Made by a program: the position numbers and the translations under genes
Assembly: GCA_013239625.1 (NCBI GenBank)
Contig: MU056029.1
Location: forward strand, 1,178,001-1,242,000
DNA: 64,000 bases
Direction of reading: 5' to 3'
Source of the DNA: Lama guanicoe
Taxonomy: Eukaryota
The notes under the pieces: generated by a model
The model's input: the letters and a program-made list of their open reading frames with translations, nothing else
Database searches by the model: none
Told to the model about the DNA's origin: nothing
Part shown: piece by piece, positions 1 through 14,450 of the stretch
Position numbering within the stretch: position 1 is the stretch's first letter
Layout of the letters: each line of letters begins with the position of its first letter

Positions 1-599
1 CTTTATTCCTTTGATAACTACATAAGTTTAAAGAGCTAAAGATCTAATTTGTTCTTAAAAACAATAATTAATACGTATATGTTAACTAAAAAGAGTGCCA
101 GTATACTGTATATATGTATTTACATGCAATATGATGTGTATGTGCAGTTGAACTGTAATTAAAAAAACTCTCCTTGTACAAAGTACTTTCACACTTGACA
201 TAGTAATGTGTACAGGGATGGGTCCCAGATAAACAAGTAGTTACACATCTTATTTAACCTCATATTCTGTGTGGCTTTCTTTTATCCCTTAAGATAATGG
301 TTTTTAGACTTTTCACTACTAATAAATGTAGTTCTGATGCATTTGCACAAGCACACACATGTAGTGTATCATATCAATAAACATACACATCTTCACATTG
401 ACTAAATATTGACAAATTCCTTTCCAAAATGACTTCATCAAGTTACAAGCACAATAGTTGGGATCAAAAGTTCTCTTTGATCCATATATTACCAATTCTC
501 TGCAATACAAGACATATTTTTGCCATCTGCTATAAAATGAAATACTAGTGTGCTAACAATTTGCATTTTCCTGTTTACCTGTATCATTAATTTGAATGT

Positions 600-2860
600 T
601 CAGAGTTCATAATATATTATAATGATCCTTTGTCAGACATACGATTTGCAAATACATTCTTCTAGTATGTAACTAGTCTTTCATCCACAGAAATGCTTTC
701 ACAGAAGAAATTTTTTAAATTTCTGTGAAGTTAAATTCACCAATATTTTTTAATGGATCATGCCTTTCTTATCATGTCTACAAACTCAGCAATCCCTGCT
801 TTCCGAAGATTTTCTCCTATGTTACGTGCTAAAACTTTTCTGTTTTTAAATTTCACATTTAAACGTATGATTCACTTTGAGCTAATTTTTGTATAAGATC
901 TGAGTTTTAGGTCAAGGCTTGTATTTTGACCACGAATATCCAGTTGCTGCAGTGATGTTTCCCCCTCTCTTGAATTGCTTATGTATTTTTGTCAAATGCA
1001 AGTTGAGTGTATTTGTGCATGTCTGTTCCTGAATTCTCTGTTCCCACTGATCTTTATCTTGATTATTGTACCTTTAAAATAAGTCTTGAAACGAAAAAAA
1101 ATAAATTTTCTCACTTAAATTTTTTCTGAATTATTTTGGCTGTTCTCATTCATTTGCCTTTCCATATAATTTTTTTTATTGAAGAATAGTTTACAATGTG
1201 TCAATTTCTGGTGTACAGCATAACGTTTCAGTCACACATATACATACATATATTCACTTTTGAATAATCTCGTCTGTATCAACAAAAAATCATTCATGGA
1301 TTTTGATAGGAATTGCATAAATCTCTACATCAGTTTGGGGCCATTAATATTTTTACTATGTTTAGTTTCCCAGTCCATAAACAGAATATCTTTCCATTAT
1401 TTATATTTTAAAATTTTTCATTCATCAGTGTTTTTGATTTTCATCATATAAGTCCCGAAGATGCTTTGTTAGATCTATACCTAAATATTATATTTTGAGG
1501 AGCAATTGTAAATTATAGTGTATTTTAAATTTTAGTTTCAGTGTGTTCATTGCTACTATATAGAAATGAAATCAAGTTTTGTATGATGAGCTTGTATTTT
1601 GAGGCTGATTAATTTCAGGTATTTTTTGTTGTTGATTCATTGGATTTCTTTACAATTGTAGCACCTGCAAACAGAGACATTTTATTTCTTCCCTTTTGAT
1701 ATGTATGCCTTTTATTTCCTTTTCTCGCCTGTTGCCCTGATTAGAACCTCTAACACAATATTGAATAGAAATCATGAGCATTGATGGACTTTCTGTTCTT
1801 GATCTTAACGGAAAATGTTCAGCATTATGCCATTATGTATAACATTTGCTTCAGATTTTCTGTAAGTGTTCTTATCAGTTTGAATGAGTTCCCCCATAGT
1901 CCTAGGTCTCAAAGAGATTTTATCAGGAAGAGGTGTTGAATTTTTTTCAAATGATTTTCTGCATCAATTCACATGATTAGAAATTTTTCTCCTTAATCTC
2001 AAATATAGTGAGTGATGTTGATTGATTTTTAAATATTGAGCCAAGCTTCCGTCCCTGGAATAGACCCCCCCTTGGTTATGGTGTATGATTCTTTGTATGT
2101 ATTATTGAGCTCTACTTGCTAAAATTTTGTTAATGGCTTTTGCATCTATATTTATGAGGGATATTAATAGTCATTTTTTGTTTGTTTGTACTTTTTTCTG
2201 GTTTATCTATCAACCTGACATTGATCTCATACAATGAAGAGGGGGAACTATTCCTTCCTCTTCTGTATTTTTGGAGGAAAATGTGCAGAATTGGGATTAG
2301 TTCTTTATTTAAATGTTTGATGGAATTCTCTGGTGAAGCCATCTGGGTCTCAATATTTCTTTTTAGGGAATTTAAAAATTATTAATTCAGCTTCCATAAT
2401 AGTTATAAGGCTTTGCAAATGTTCTGTTTCATATAGAGTGAGTGATGCTAGTTTGCGTTTTTTTAAGAATTGGTCCATTTCATATAAGATCTCAAATTGT
2501 GTGTAGGGTTTTTCATAGCATTCCATTTTTACCTTTTTACTGCATGCAAAATCTTTAGGGATATCCCATGTTTCACTCTGGATATCATTAATTTGTGTCT
2601 TCTCTATTTTTGTCAGTACTGCTAGAGGTTTGCCAATTTTATGTATCTCTTCAGAGAATTTTTTTTGTTTTATCAGGTTTTTTTTTCCTCTGTTGTTTTC
2701 TGCTTTAAATTTCATTGACATCCATTCTTTATTATTTTATTCCTTCTGCTTGTTTTGGCTTTATTTTGTTCTTTGTCAAATTTTTGGAGGTGGGAGCTTA
2801 GATTATTGTTTTGAGGTTTTTTCTATTTTAGTGTGTAAGCATTTGGTGCTACAAAATTTG
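600..2860 (-). mobile_element. Old L1 (L1M-type) ORF2 fragment, degenerate
   Basis: T-rich reverse-strand L1 text. ORF 2350..2721(-) gives L1 ORF2-like 'KKFSEEIHKIGKPLAVLTK..KTQINDI'. Many stops. Confidence 0.85.
1170..1258 (-). mobile_element. Short 3' end of young lineage L1, nested in the older L1
   Basis: polyT then 'attgaagaatagtttacaatgtgtcaatttctggtgtacagcat', the reverse complement of the L1 tail at ~49530-49600. Confidence 0.8.
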
Positions 2861-2869
2861 TCAGTAAGT

Positions 2870-5800
2870 AGTATATATTGCATTTCTTTATTCATTCATC
2901 TCCATATCTGGCTATTGTAAATAATGCTACTATGAACATTGGGTGCATTTATTTTTTTGAATTAGTGTTTTCATTTTTTCCAGATATATACCCAGGAATG
3001 GAATTTCAGGATCATATGATAGTTCTATTTCTAGTTTCTTGAGAAATACTATTTTCCACAGTGGCTGCACCACTTTACATCCCCACCAACAGTGTACAAG
3101 GGTTCCCTTTCCTCCACAATCCCTTCAACAACTGCTATTTATAGAATTTTTGATGATAGCCATTCTGATAGGTGTGAGGTGATATCTCATTGTGGGTTTG
3201 ATTTGCATCTCTCTAATAATTAGCAATGTTAAGTATCTTTTCATGTGCCTTTTGGCCATCTGGATGTCTTATTTGGAGGGAAATGTCTATTCATATCTTT
3301 GCCCATTTTTGATTGGAATGTTTGGGGTTTTTTGATATTGAATTGTTTGAGCAGTTTATATATTTTGGATCATAAACCCTTATCAGTCAACTCTTTTGCA
3401 AAAATTTTCTCCCATTCCATAGGTTATCTTTTCATTTTTTCCATGGTTTCCTTTACTGTGCAAAGTATTTATAAGTTTAATTAGATTCCACTTGCTTATT
3501 TTTGCTTTTGTTTCTTTTCCCTTAGGAGATAGATCTAAGAAAATATTGCTACAATTTATGTCAAAGACTGTTCTGCCTATGTTTTCTTCTAGGTGTTTCA
3601 TGGTTTCAGAACTTACATTCAAGTCTTTAATCCATTTTGAGTTTTTTTTTTAAATAGATTGAGGAAATGTTGTTGAAGAGACTGTCTTTTCTCTATAGTA
3701 TACTGTTGCCTCTGTTGTCACAGATTAATTGAGCATAGGTGTGGGAGTTTATTTCTGGGCTCTCCATTCTGTGTAATTGATCTAAGTGTCTGTCTTTGTG
3801 CCAGTGCCACGCTGTTTTGATTACTGTTGCTTTGTAGCATAGTCTGAAATCGGGGCACATGATGCTTCCAGCTGCTTCCTTTTTTCTCAAGATTGCTTTG
3901 GAATCCTTTGTGGTTCCGTATGAATTTTTGGATTGTTTGTTCTAGTTCTGTGAAAAGGTCGTGGGTATTTTGATAGGGATTGCATTAAATCTGTAGATTA
4001 CTTTGGGTAGTGTGGCCATTTTAACAATATTGATTCTTCCAATCCAAGAGCACAGGATATCTTTCCATTTCCTGTATCATCTTTAATTTTCTTTATCATT
4101 GTTTTATAGTTTTCAGAGTATAGGCTTTTCACCTCCTTGCTTATATTTACTCCTGATATTTTATTCTTTTTGATACAATTGTAAGTGGGATCATTTTCTT
4201 GAATTCCCTTTCTGCTAGATCATTATTAGTGATGAAAAAAGCAAAAGATTTCTGTATATTAATCTTATATCCTGCTACCATGCTGATTTTGTTATTAGCT
4301 CTAATAACTTTGGGATGGAGAATGCAGAGTGTTCTATTTAAAGTATCATGTCATCTGCAAACAGTGACAGTTTTACCTCTTCCCTTCTAATCTGGATGCC
4401 TTTTATCTCTTTTTCTTGTGTGATTGCTGTGGCTAGGACTTCTGATGCTTTGCTAAATAAAAGTGACAGGAGTGGGAATTCTTGTTTTTCCCCTGAATTT
4501 ATCAGGAAGACTTTCAGCTTTTCACTGCTGAGTATGTTTGCTGTGGGTTTGTCATAAATGGCCTTTATTATAGAGATCTGTTCTCTCTACTCCCACTTTA
4601 ATGAGAATTTTTTTTTATCATGAAAGGATGTTGAATTTTGCCAAATACTTTTTCTGCCTCTATTGATATGATCATGTGATTTTTATTTTCCTTTTGTTAA
4701 TGTAATATATTGATTGGTTTGTGAATGTTGGACAATCCTTATGACCCTGGAATAAATTCAACTTGATCATGATGTATGATCCTTTTTATATGTTGTTGGA
4801 TTCATTTGCTAGTATTTTATTGAGGATTTTCACATCTATATTTGTTAAAGATATTGGCATGTAATTTTTCTTTTTTTGTTTGTTTGTTTTCTTTGGTTTT
4901 GGTATCAGGGTAATGGTAGCCTCATAGAATGAATTTGGGAGTAGTCATTCCTCTTCAATTATTTGGAACAGTGTGAGAATGATAGGTATTAATTCCTCTT
5001 CATATGTTTGGTAGAATTCCTCTGTGAAGCCATCTGGTCCTGGACTTTTGTTTGCAGGCAATTTTGAGTTGCTCTTTTTTAATTAAAAATTTAATTTCAC
5101 TCCTAGTGACAGTCTGTTCAAATTGTGTGTTTCTTCCTGAGTTGTCTTTGTGGATTGCTTGTTTCTGGAAATTTTTCCCTTTCTTCTAGGTCATCCAGTT
5201 TGTTGTCATGTTACTGTAGTAATCTCCTAACAGGTTTTTGTTTGTTTGTTTTTGTATCTCTATGGCATCTGTTGTTACTTGTTCTCTAACATTTCTGATT
5301 TGTGTATTTGGGTTCTCTCTCTTTTCCTTTTGGTGAGCCTGGCCAAAAGTTTATCAATTTTGTTCATCTTTTTTTAAAAAAAAGCCCAGCTCTTGCCTTC
5401 ATCGATTGTTTCTATTTTTAAATCTCCATTTTATTCATTTCTGCTCTTATCTTTATTGTTTCTTTCCTTCTGCTGACTTCGGGCTTTGTTCTATTTTTCT
5501 AATTTTTTTTTGATGGTTAGATTGTTCATTTAGTTTTTTCTTCTCTCTTGAGGAAGTCCTGTATTGCTATGAACTTCCCTGTTAGAATTGCTTTTGCTGC
5601 ATCCCATAGATTTTGAAAAGTAGTGTTTTTATATTTTCTAGATTCTTGTTCAAAATATTCACTGTTATGTCATTTCTTTCCCTAATCCAGATAACTTTTT
5701 ATAACCAATGCTTTGGATTTTTTATCTGGTAAGTTGTTTATTTCTGATTCATTATTTATTTTTTCAGTATTCTCTTGCTCTTTCAATTCAGAACCGTTTC

Positions 5801-7137
5801 TCTGCCTTTTCATTTTGCTGAACTTTCTCTGCAGTGAAATAGGTGAAAGTTACCTATTTCAGTCTTGAAAGGTATTCTTATGTGCGAGCATCTCTACGCA
5901 GACTGAGTGGGCCCAATGTTTTTGGTGGGAGAGCTGGATTTGGTGTGGATGCCCATCACATCTTTCCTCCTGGTGTGCTGGCAGCTAGCACACTGGTAGG
6001 GGTGGGACTGGAGATGGAGGAGCCAGAGCTGGTGCCAGATCTGAGTCAGGACTTCCTGTCTGCTCAGTGGCCATCCCTGCCCTACTGGTGTGTGGTCTGA
6101 TTCCAAGTTCCTGGAGTGGAAGCCCTGAGGGTCAGGCTTGAGCTGGCCATTTCCCTTAAGTGTGTGTTTTTCCTTTTTTCCACCCTGGGGAAAGCCCCGA
6201 AGGAGGGGTGCACTGAAGCAAGTGGGACGTGTATACTCACAGAGGTCTAGTGTTCTGCCTGTGTTGGCTTCTGCAGCTCCGCTCAGACACAACTTACGGT
6301 TGCATCTCTTTCCCGGTCATGGTCACCACAGATCCAGGTGGTGCTGTGGTGCAGAGTGAGCTGTGCTGGAGCTCTTGCTCCGACTGGGTACACAGAGAGG
6401 CAATCTCTGGAAACCCAGCAATCTTGGGAAACTTCTGCTGCTGTCAGAGGTCTGGGATGTCTCTGGGACACTACTTGAGTAAGCATCAACAGTGGCCGCT
6501 GCCATCCCACCTGGGCTCTGTGCCAGCACTGAGTCAACTCTGTGTCCAAAAGTCACATCTTTTCCTAGGTCCTGGCCAGCCTAGATCCGGTGCCACACTG
6601 TGGCATGGAGTGAGTAGGGTCAGGGTGTTCTCTGGGCTCAGACTGGGGAGGGTGGCAAGGCGTTTGTTGGAAACCTGGCAGCCACCCGGGCAGACCTCTC
6701 TCTGCCCTGCCTGAGGACAAGCCAGCACCCTTGCACGTCTCATGTGTGAAGTCTAGGTTCTCCAGCCCTTCTGTCTTTCCCAGTGGTTCTCCAAGACATT
6801 CAGTATGCTTGTCTCCTACGTATAGGACCACAGGGCTGACATGCTCAGTCTGTGAATCAACCTGCTCACTTCTCAGGGTGAGGGTCAACCCATGTAATCC
6901 CCCTTTTCTTCTGAGTCCCCTCCCAGAGGCATAGGTGCTGACCTGATCACTTCTCTTCCTTTCCTACCCAATTATTATGTGTGTATCTTTCTTACAGCCT
7001 TGGTTGTACAGTGGTTCTTCTGCCAGCTTCCAGTTAGTTTTCAAGGAAAATTGTTCCACATGTAGATGTCTTGTTGATGTGTTTATGGCAGTGGGGGTGC
7101 GGTGAGGACCACATTGTCTTACTCCACCATCTTGATC
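2870..7137 (-). mobile_element. Internally deleted L1 retaining its 5' UTR and part of ORF2
   Basis: ORF2 peptides on the - strand ('ETMKHLEENIGRTVFDINCSNIF', '[20 protein letters not shown]'). GC-rich 5' UTR at ~5880-7130 ending in 'ctccaccatcttgatct' (reverse: agatcaagatggtggag, the YY1-type L1 start). Confidence 0.85.
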
Positions 7138-7139
7138 TA

Positions 7140-9040
7140 TTTCTCCTCAAGTTTCCTTCTTTTAAAGAGAATTTCCTTTACACCTTCTTTTCAAGTCAGT
7201 CTGCTGGTGACAAATTCCCTATTTTCCTTCATCTGAGACTATTCTTGATTTCTTCTTCATCCCTGAAGGATATTTTTACCAGATATGGAATTCACAGTTG
7301 ATAGTTCCTTTAGCACTTGAAAAGTACCACACCATTTTCTTACCGTCTCCATCATTTCTAATGAGAAATTTTCTGTCATTTGAATTTTTTTTCTTCTATT
7401 GGTGATGTGTCATTTTCTTCTGGGTGCTTTAAAATTTCTTTCTTTGTCTTTAGTTTTCAGAAGTTTCATTACGATGTACCTTTTTATGGATTTCTTTGGG
7501 TTTATCCTATTTCTAATCTCAGATTCGTGAATATCAGTTCATGAGTTTTGCAAAATTGGGGGATATTTCAGCCAATATTTTTGGAATACTTTTTAGCCCC
7601 AACTCTTTCTCTGGGACTCTGGCAGCATGAATGCTAGGTCTTTTGTTTTAGTTCCACAGGTCCCTGAGGCTGTGTTCATTACATTTTCTTTCAGTTTATT
7701 TTCTCTCTGCTGTTCAAACTGAGTAGTTTCTATCTCCAGGTCACTGCTTCTTCCCTTTGTCCCCTCCATTCTGCTGTTGAGCCCATCCATTGAGTCCTTT
7801 ATTCTGATTATTGCATTTTTCAACTCTAAAATTTCCATTTAGTTCCTCTCTATTTCTTCCATTTCTTTGGTGAGACTCTATTTTAAACAGTTCAAGTGTG
7901 TCCATAATTCTTGTTGAATTTTTATAATGGGTGCCTTAAAAATCTTTGTCAGATAATTCTAAAATCTCTGTCATCTTAGTGCTGGCGTCTGTTGTGTTTT
8001 TTTTTTTCCATTCTATTCAAGTGTTCCTTGTCTTGGTATGATGAATTATTTTCTATCAAAACTGGACATTTTGTGTATTATGTTACAAACATCTGGATCT
8101 CCTTTAAGTCTTATGTTTTATGCAGCATCCTCTTAATTCCACTCTGGTTGGGAAAGGGGACTGCTCATGACTGCCAGGTAAGGGTGGAATTTGGGTTTGT
8201 TCATTCTGTTTTCATTGACTCCCAGGGAGGGAGAGACCCCTGCTGGTTAAGGTGGGGTGGGGACAGTTAGTTAGCATCCCTGGTAGGTTCCATTGATTAT
8301 ACTTGGAGAGAGAGAGAGGGATGGGTGTCTCATTACTGCTCCTCATAGGTCCTCCACTGATACCACAGTGGGTAGCTTTCTTACCTCTGGGTCTTGGTAA
8401 AAGACCTTTCGACCAATCTGGCTGGCCCTGGCGCCACCTCCATGGGGAGGGGAGGGTGCCTCATTACTGCTGGGAACAAGGAAGTTCACGCTCCCCACAT
8501 GGTCTCCATGGAGTAGGTCTGGGAGCTCCTGTTACCATCTAGTAGGGATGAAAGTCCTGCCTTTGCACTCGGCCTGCTTTGACACCATCCCTGGGGGAAG
8601 CTGGGTTCCTCTTACAGCCTGGCCGAGCTGTTCAGCTAGACACTCAGCCCTGAAGGCAGGAGTGATCAGGGCCACAATATTTTCAGTGATGTTTAATGGG
8701 ATATTATCATCTTGAAGTTGTCTGTCTTCCTGCACTGCCCTTTCCCAGTCTTTGGCGAGAAAAGGCAGACTTTTCTTGGGGTTCCTTTTCTTGTCAGTAC
8801 TGGTTGGCATTTCCAGATTGCTGGCTTCTACAGTACTCAGTCTGAGATATAGAAGACACAAAAAGAAAGCCCAGATAATTCACTGCTCCGTCACTCCCAG
8901 CTCCTTAGGCCATCTGCCTTTTTCTTCCCACCTTTCAATGTCTTCTTATGTTTGTATTTTTCAAATGTATGATATCTAATATTTTTAGCTGTACTTAACA
9001 GAAGGAATAGGAAATAGCTCCACATTTGCTCCATCTTAAA
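7140..9040 (-). mobile_element. Old L1 ORF1 and 5' region
   Basis: ORF 7593..7838(-) 'MEILELKNAIIRIKDSMDGLNSRME..SDLE..TQFEQQRENKLK' is an L1 ORF1p coiled-coil. Confidence 0.8.
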
Positions 9041-9299
9041 TGGTACATTTACTTTTTCCTCTTATTCTTTTTTGTACAACATTAAAAAATTTTTTTGTCA
9101 TTTCAGTTAGTAAAAGAAGATAATAAAGAGGAAAGATAAATGGGCAGATTTAATCTGCCATGTTCAATCCTCAGCCTTGTTAATAAATTTCCCAGTAGGA
9201 TATCATTCTTGCATTCCTAAAATAGAACCCTAAATGTTCACAGCCTTTATTTTAAACTGAATATTCCTGATTTCCTTATGACGTTGCTTGAGTTATCTA

Positions 9300-10350
9300 C
9301 ATGCTATAATCATTCAGTGCATTGCTACCACTACTGTTTTAAATAAGTAGTTATCTTTTAGATCAATTAAAGATGAGAGAAATAAAATATTTTATCTTCA
9401 TTTATAACTTCTCTGGTGCTGTTTCCTCTAGTTACTCCAAATTTCTGACCTACCTAGTTTTCCTTTTCCCTGAAGAACCTCTTTGAGCATTTCTGGCATC
9501 GAAGGTCTGTTGGTGATCAATTTCCCGAGTTTCTGTTTACCTCAGAAGCACTTTGTTTCTCCTTCACACGTGAAGGAAAATTTCACTGGGTGTAGAATTC
9601 CAGGCTGAGGAGTTTTCATCGCTCGGAACATTAAGTGTCTCATCCCACTCTCTTCTTGCTTGCATGATTTCTGACTAGAAGTATCCTCGTTCCTCTGTGT
9701 GTAAGGGTTCTTTCCCTCCTCGGCCTTCTTTCAAGATTTTCTCTCTGTTGCTTGCTTTGTTTCATTTTGCTTTGTTTCATTTTTGTTTTGCATTGCTGCA
9801 GTTTGAGTATGACAGGCCCATGTACAGTCTGCCCTTGGTTTTTCGGTGTTTGTCCTTCTTGGTGTTCTCTGAGCTTCCTGGATCTTATTATTTTGCTGTG
9901 TCTTTCATTAATTTTGGAAAATTCTCAGGCACTCTCACTTGAAATACTTCTGCTCTGCGTCCTATTCCTTCTCTTGCTGGTAATTCAGCTATGTGTATGC
10001 CGCACTTTTTGGAAAGGTCTTCCTGTTTATTTTCCATCTCTCTGCATTTCAGTTTGAGAAGCTTCTGCTATCTGCTCTTCAAGCTCACTGGTCCTTTCCT
10101 TGTCCATGTCCATGGGGCTAATAAACCTATCAACAGCATTCTTCAATTTTGTTCTTATTTTTTAGATTCCTAGCATTTTCTTTTGATTCTTTTTTTTTTT
10201 TAGAATTTCCATCTCTCTGGTTACAGCATCCATCTCGTCTTGCATATTTCTACTTTTTCCATGGAGCCCTTCACAGATGAATTATAGTTATTTTAAATGA
10301 CCTCTCTGATAAATCCAACATCTGTGTCATATCAGAGCGTGGCTCTGGGA
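9300..10350 (-). mobile_element. Old L1 ORF1 fragment
   Basis: Reverse-strand ORF1-like text ('aatttcactgggtgtagaattccaggctg', 'tagaatttccatctctctg'). Confidence 0.7.
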
Positions 10351-11544
10351 GTGGTAATCAGGAATGAGCTACCCAAATATTTTACAACAATATGACTATT
10401 TGGTGTTGCTATAGTGGTTATGCATTTTATGCCAGTGACCTAAGTATGATAAAATGTTAAAACATGTATAATTTGCTGGTAATTGAAAGACAAGAAGTGA
10501 AATGTAAATATCAAAACCAAGAATTAACAATGATTTTGTATACCCAAACCAATAATTAACAATGTATATAGATCCCCTATTTTTATATAAACCTTTCCTT
10601 ATTCAGTCTTTTTAAAATTACACAAATGATAAATATCACTGGAGGAAAATAAAAAAGAATCCAAATTGTCCTTATTCCCAACACAAAATAAGAATATAAA
10701 GCATTTAAATATACTGATGTCTCTTAAAGCATTTTAACCTCAGTCACCTATCTTTGCCATTCAGATGAATTCTGGGCATCCCATCTTTGAATCCAACAAG
10801 AGGCCTGTGGCCTATTTCTTAGCTAGGAAAGTCTCTGTCTGCAGAGGTGGTGAGAATGCAGAGAGGCAGGGAGGAGGCATGCAGATGAAGAAGACCGCTT
10901 AACTTCTGTATGGCCTTGTCATTTCCAGGTCTGCTCAAACACCTTCTTGAACTGTTTTTAGTACAGTATTTAAGAGGGACCAAAACTATATGTTAATCCA
11001 TCTCTACATGAGCGTAGAATCCTAGAAGTCCCAAGCTGCCTTTCAAAGAATGTATTAGGGGGTATCTTAGGAGAGAAAGTTGGGCTTAATAAATGTGTGG
11101 AGTATAGAATTTATTAGAGTTGCCATTGAAGTGAAAAGTATATAAACTACTTTTCCTTCTATTTTAGTCTATGATTAAGTTAGTCTCATTACCCACCCCC
11201 AAATATGAGATTCTGCCAACTTTTCTGTGTTTGAGAGGATAAAATAAGAACGAAAATTCACTTTGCCTGAATTAAAATGCCATGGAGATTTGAATCCTCT
11301 GGATTTTAATGGGAGTTTTAATTTTTTATTGTAACATTGTTTTCTTATGCACATATTCGTTACCATATATTTACTACATACACATTTCTCCACATGCTTA
11401 TATTCCACATGTCCTTCGTTTATAAACTGCCATTCATTTGCTCATTTTTCTTTGAAGTGTTTGTATTTTTTTATGGATTTGTAAGAACCTTTTAAGACAA
11501 TTAAATCTTTGTCACAAATGTTTTACATAGTTTATGGGATTGAT

Positions 11545-11760
11545 GATTAACACTTATTAAGTGCTTCCTGTTCTCAGCACTGAGATAATGGGGCTTCACA
11601 CAGTCTCTCTCCTCACATAAACCATCTAATCACGAATAAAGGGGCTGCATTTATGACCCTGCAGCGCTGTGAAGCAACCAAGGCTGAAAGAGGTGAATGC
11701 TTCCAGTGCAGCCACTCAGCCCCACCACTGGCTCTCCTAACCAGTGGATTACGTCTTCTT
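11545..11760. mobile_element. MIR-like SINE relic
   Basis: 'cacttattaagtgcttcctg...gaagcaaccaaggctgaaagaggtgaa' resembles the MIR core. Confidence 0.45.
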
Positions 11761-12059
11761 CTCTGACAGTCATTGTCTTCACTACTTAAATCCAGGTTCC
11801 CATTGTGCTATTTGTCTGGAGGAAAGTAAATTTTTAGCATTTATGAAAGGTAAAAATACACTATGAAATTTTACTAACCCAATGTATATATATACATATA
11901 ATATATACACATATGTGTATATACATATATATTAACACATGCAGTTCACACTTTGAGTTGTGATAGTTCTGCTTCTTAGTCTATAACTTTACATATTTTT
12001 GAATTCAGACAATTGTACGCCTTGTTTACAAGATCATTGTTTGTCCAAAAATTAAATGC

Positions 12060-12081
12060 TCTCCCTCTCTCTCTCTCTCTG

Positions 12082-12113
<32 letters not shown>

Positions 12114-12124
12114 CACACACACAT
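12060..12124 (+). repeat. Compound (CT)n(AT)n(AC)n microsatellite
   Basis: Read directly from the sequence. Confidence 0.95.
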
Positions 12125-13629
12125 GCTCTTGTAAAATTTGTTCTATTTTTTAAATTTCCCTAATGATTTTTATACAGTGTGTGCATAAAATAAATAATAA
12201 AGATAAATAGACACATTGTAATCAACTGTACTTCAACTTTAAAAAATCTGGACTATTTACTAGTGGAACCGTGACTTCACGGACGCTCCAGAGTCCCTAT
12301 ACTTATCGCAGTAACTGGCACGTACTGGGCATTAATAACCATCTGTTGAATGAATGCATGTATGAAGATGAATTAAAAGGAGAAGACACTCAAATGAAAC
12401 GTAAAAATAAAAACAGAGATGCAAGGGTAAATTGACAAATTCACAAATCAGTGGGAGACATTGATGCAGTTTTCTCAGATTGAATAGACACAGGATATTT
12501 AAATTACACATTTAAGGATATTGGAGAAAACACGTAATACAATCATACATGTATGCCTAGCCAGCATAATCTTTGTAAACACGCACAGGCCACAGAAACT
12601 GACTATGTGTTACATACGAGGAGAACTTCAAGAAAACTTTTAAAAGTGGAAATCAATTTGCAATAAACAATGTAGTAAAATTCCAAATTACAAACTAAGG
12701 GAGAGTCAAAATATCTATTTACCTAAGTGTTAAATCACTAGATGAAATTAAAACTTTTAAAAAAAAACCCATATATTTATAAACAAGAGAACATCACAGA
12801 ATTATGCCCCCCAAAACTTTCCCACTTATATAGAAGTTGTTGCCTCAAATCAGTTTATAGGAAAATAAGGAAGAATGAAATTTGGGAACTAAATATTCAA
12901 ATCAATATTTTTTTAAAGAACAATAAAATTAGGCTAAATGAGGTAGATGGGAGGAAGGACGGAAGGAAGGAAGGAAAAAGAAAGGAAGTAGTTACATTAA
13001 AAAGTCAACCTAAAAACTAATTCTATATATCATTGTAATAAAAAAAAGTCACTAAGTATGAAGCCTATAAAATTCCTTGGAATGAAATTAACTACAATTT
13101 AAAAACTTATATAAGGGAAAAGCTAAAAAAAATGAAATAAAATAACATAATATTCCTGTCTAAGAAGATTCAATAATATAAAGATGTTAATTTTCCCACG
13201 TAGTTTATCCATTTCCTTACAGAAGAAAGGTTAAGATTTTTAAGGAAATATATTCACTATTTTCACTATTGAATACTGCTGAAATAGGCATCCTTGTGCA
13301 AAAATTTCTTTAGAAATGGAATCACAGAGTATGTGCACCTCCAAATTTACTAGTATTGGCAAATCGCTTTCCCAAGTGACTGTACTTACTTGTCGCCTCA
13401 CCAGCTCTGTAGAAGGTTTCTCATTTCCCCACATCATTATCCCTCTTGGCATATAAGCGTCATTAATTTCTACAGTTACAATGTCTATGAACTCATAACA
13501 CATTACTGCTCAATTTGCATGTACTTTATTACCAAATTTTAATTATTTTTATATACTTTTTAGCTATTAGGTTATTTTCTTGAGTTTGTGGCCTCATCAT
13601 ACACGGCCCATTTTAAAAGATAGGAGTTT

Positions 13630-13685
13630 TTGTGGGGGGTGGGGGAAGTAGTTAGGTTTATTTATTTATTTAAGTTTTTTAATGT
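13630..13685 (-). mobile_element. Vic-1-like SINE 3' remnant
   Basis: 'gggggaagtagttaggtttatttatttattt' matches the reverse complement of the SINE tail at ~22350-22380. Confidence 0.55.
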
Positions 13686-14094
13686 ATGCTAAAAATGATT
13701 ATTTATATCTTACTTAAGATTGTACATTTCTTGTCTCTGCCAGTTATAAACTTTTGGTTTTTGAAGTGAAAAAAAAAAAAAACAAATGAAAGGCCACAAA
13801 TGGCAAAATATCCTTCTTTTTTATGGGTGAGTTGTATTCCATTACATATGTACATATATATGCTGCATCTCCATTATCTCTTCAACTGTTGATGTGCACT
13901 TAGGATGCTTCCGTATCTTGGCAATTATAAATAATGTTGCTGTTAATAGCAGGGCATACGTATCTTTTCGAGTTAATTCTTATCTTGTGGTTGGCTTTAT
14001 TCCTTTGATAACTATGTAAGTTTAAAAAGCTAAATCTCTAAATGTCCTTGGAAACAATCAACAGTACATATATGTAAATTAAAAGGTATATCTG

Positions 14095-14450
14095 CAGTTA
14101 AAAAAAATGATCTATCAAGCCATGAAAGACATAGAAAAAACTTAATAGACATATCACTAAATGAAAGAAGCCAGCCTGAAAAGGCCACAAACTGTACGAT
14201 TCCAACCAAATAACATTCTGGAAAAGGCACAGCTACAGAAACAATAAAAAGATCGTGGTTTCCAGGGATCTGGGGAGGGGGAGGGAAGGATGGAGGATTG
14301 AATAGATGGAGCACAAGGATTTTTAGGGCAATGAAGTTATTCTGTATGATACTACAGTGGTGGCTACATGTCATTATGCATTTGTCAGAACCCATAGAAA
14401 GTACAACATCAAGACTGAACCCTAATGTAAACTATGAAAAAAAAAAAAGA
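14095..14450 (+). mobile_element. L1MC-like 3' end with polyA
   Basis: 'aaagaagccagcctgaaaaggccac...gaaccctaatgtaaactatg' plus A-run. Similar text at ~24540-24680 and ~50920-51200. Confidence 0.75.
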
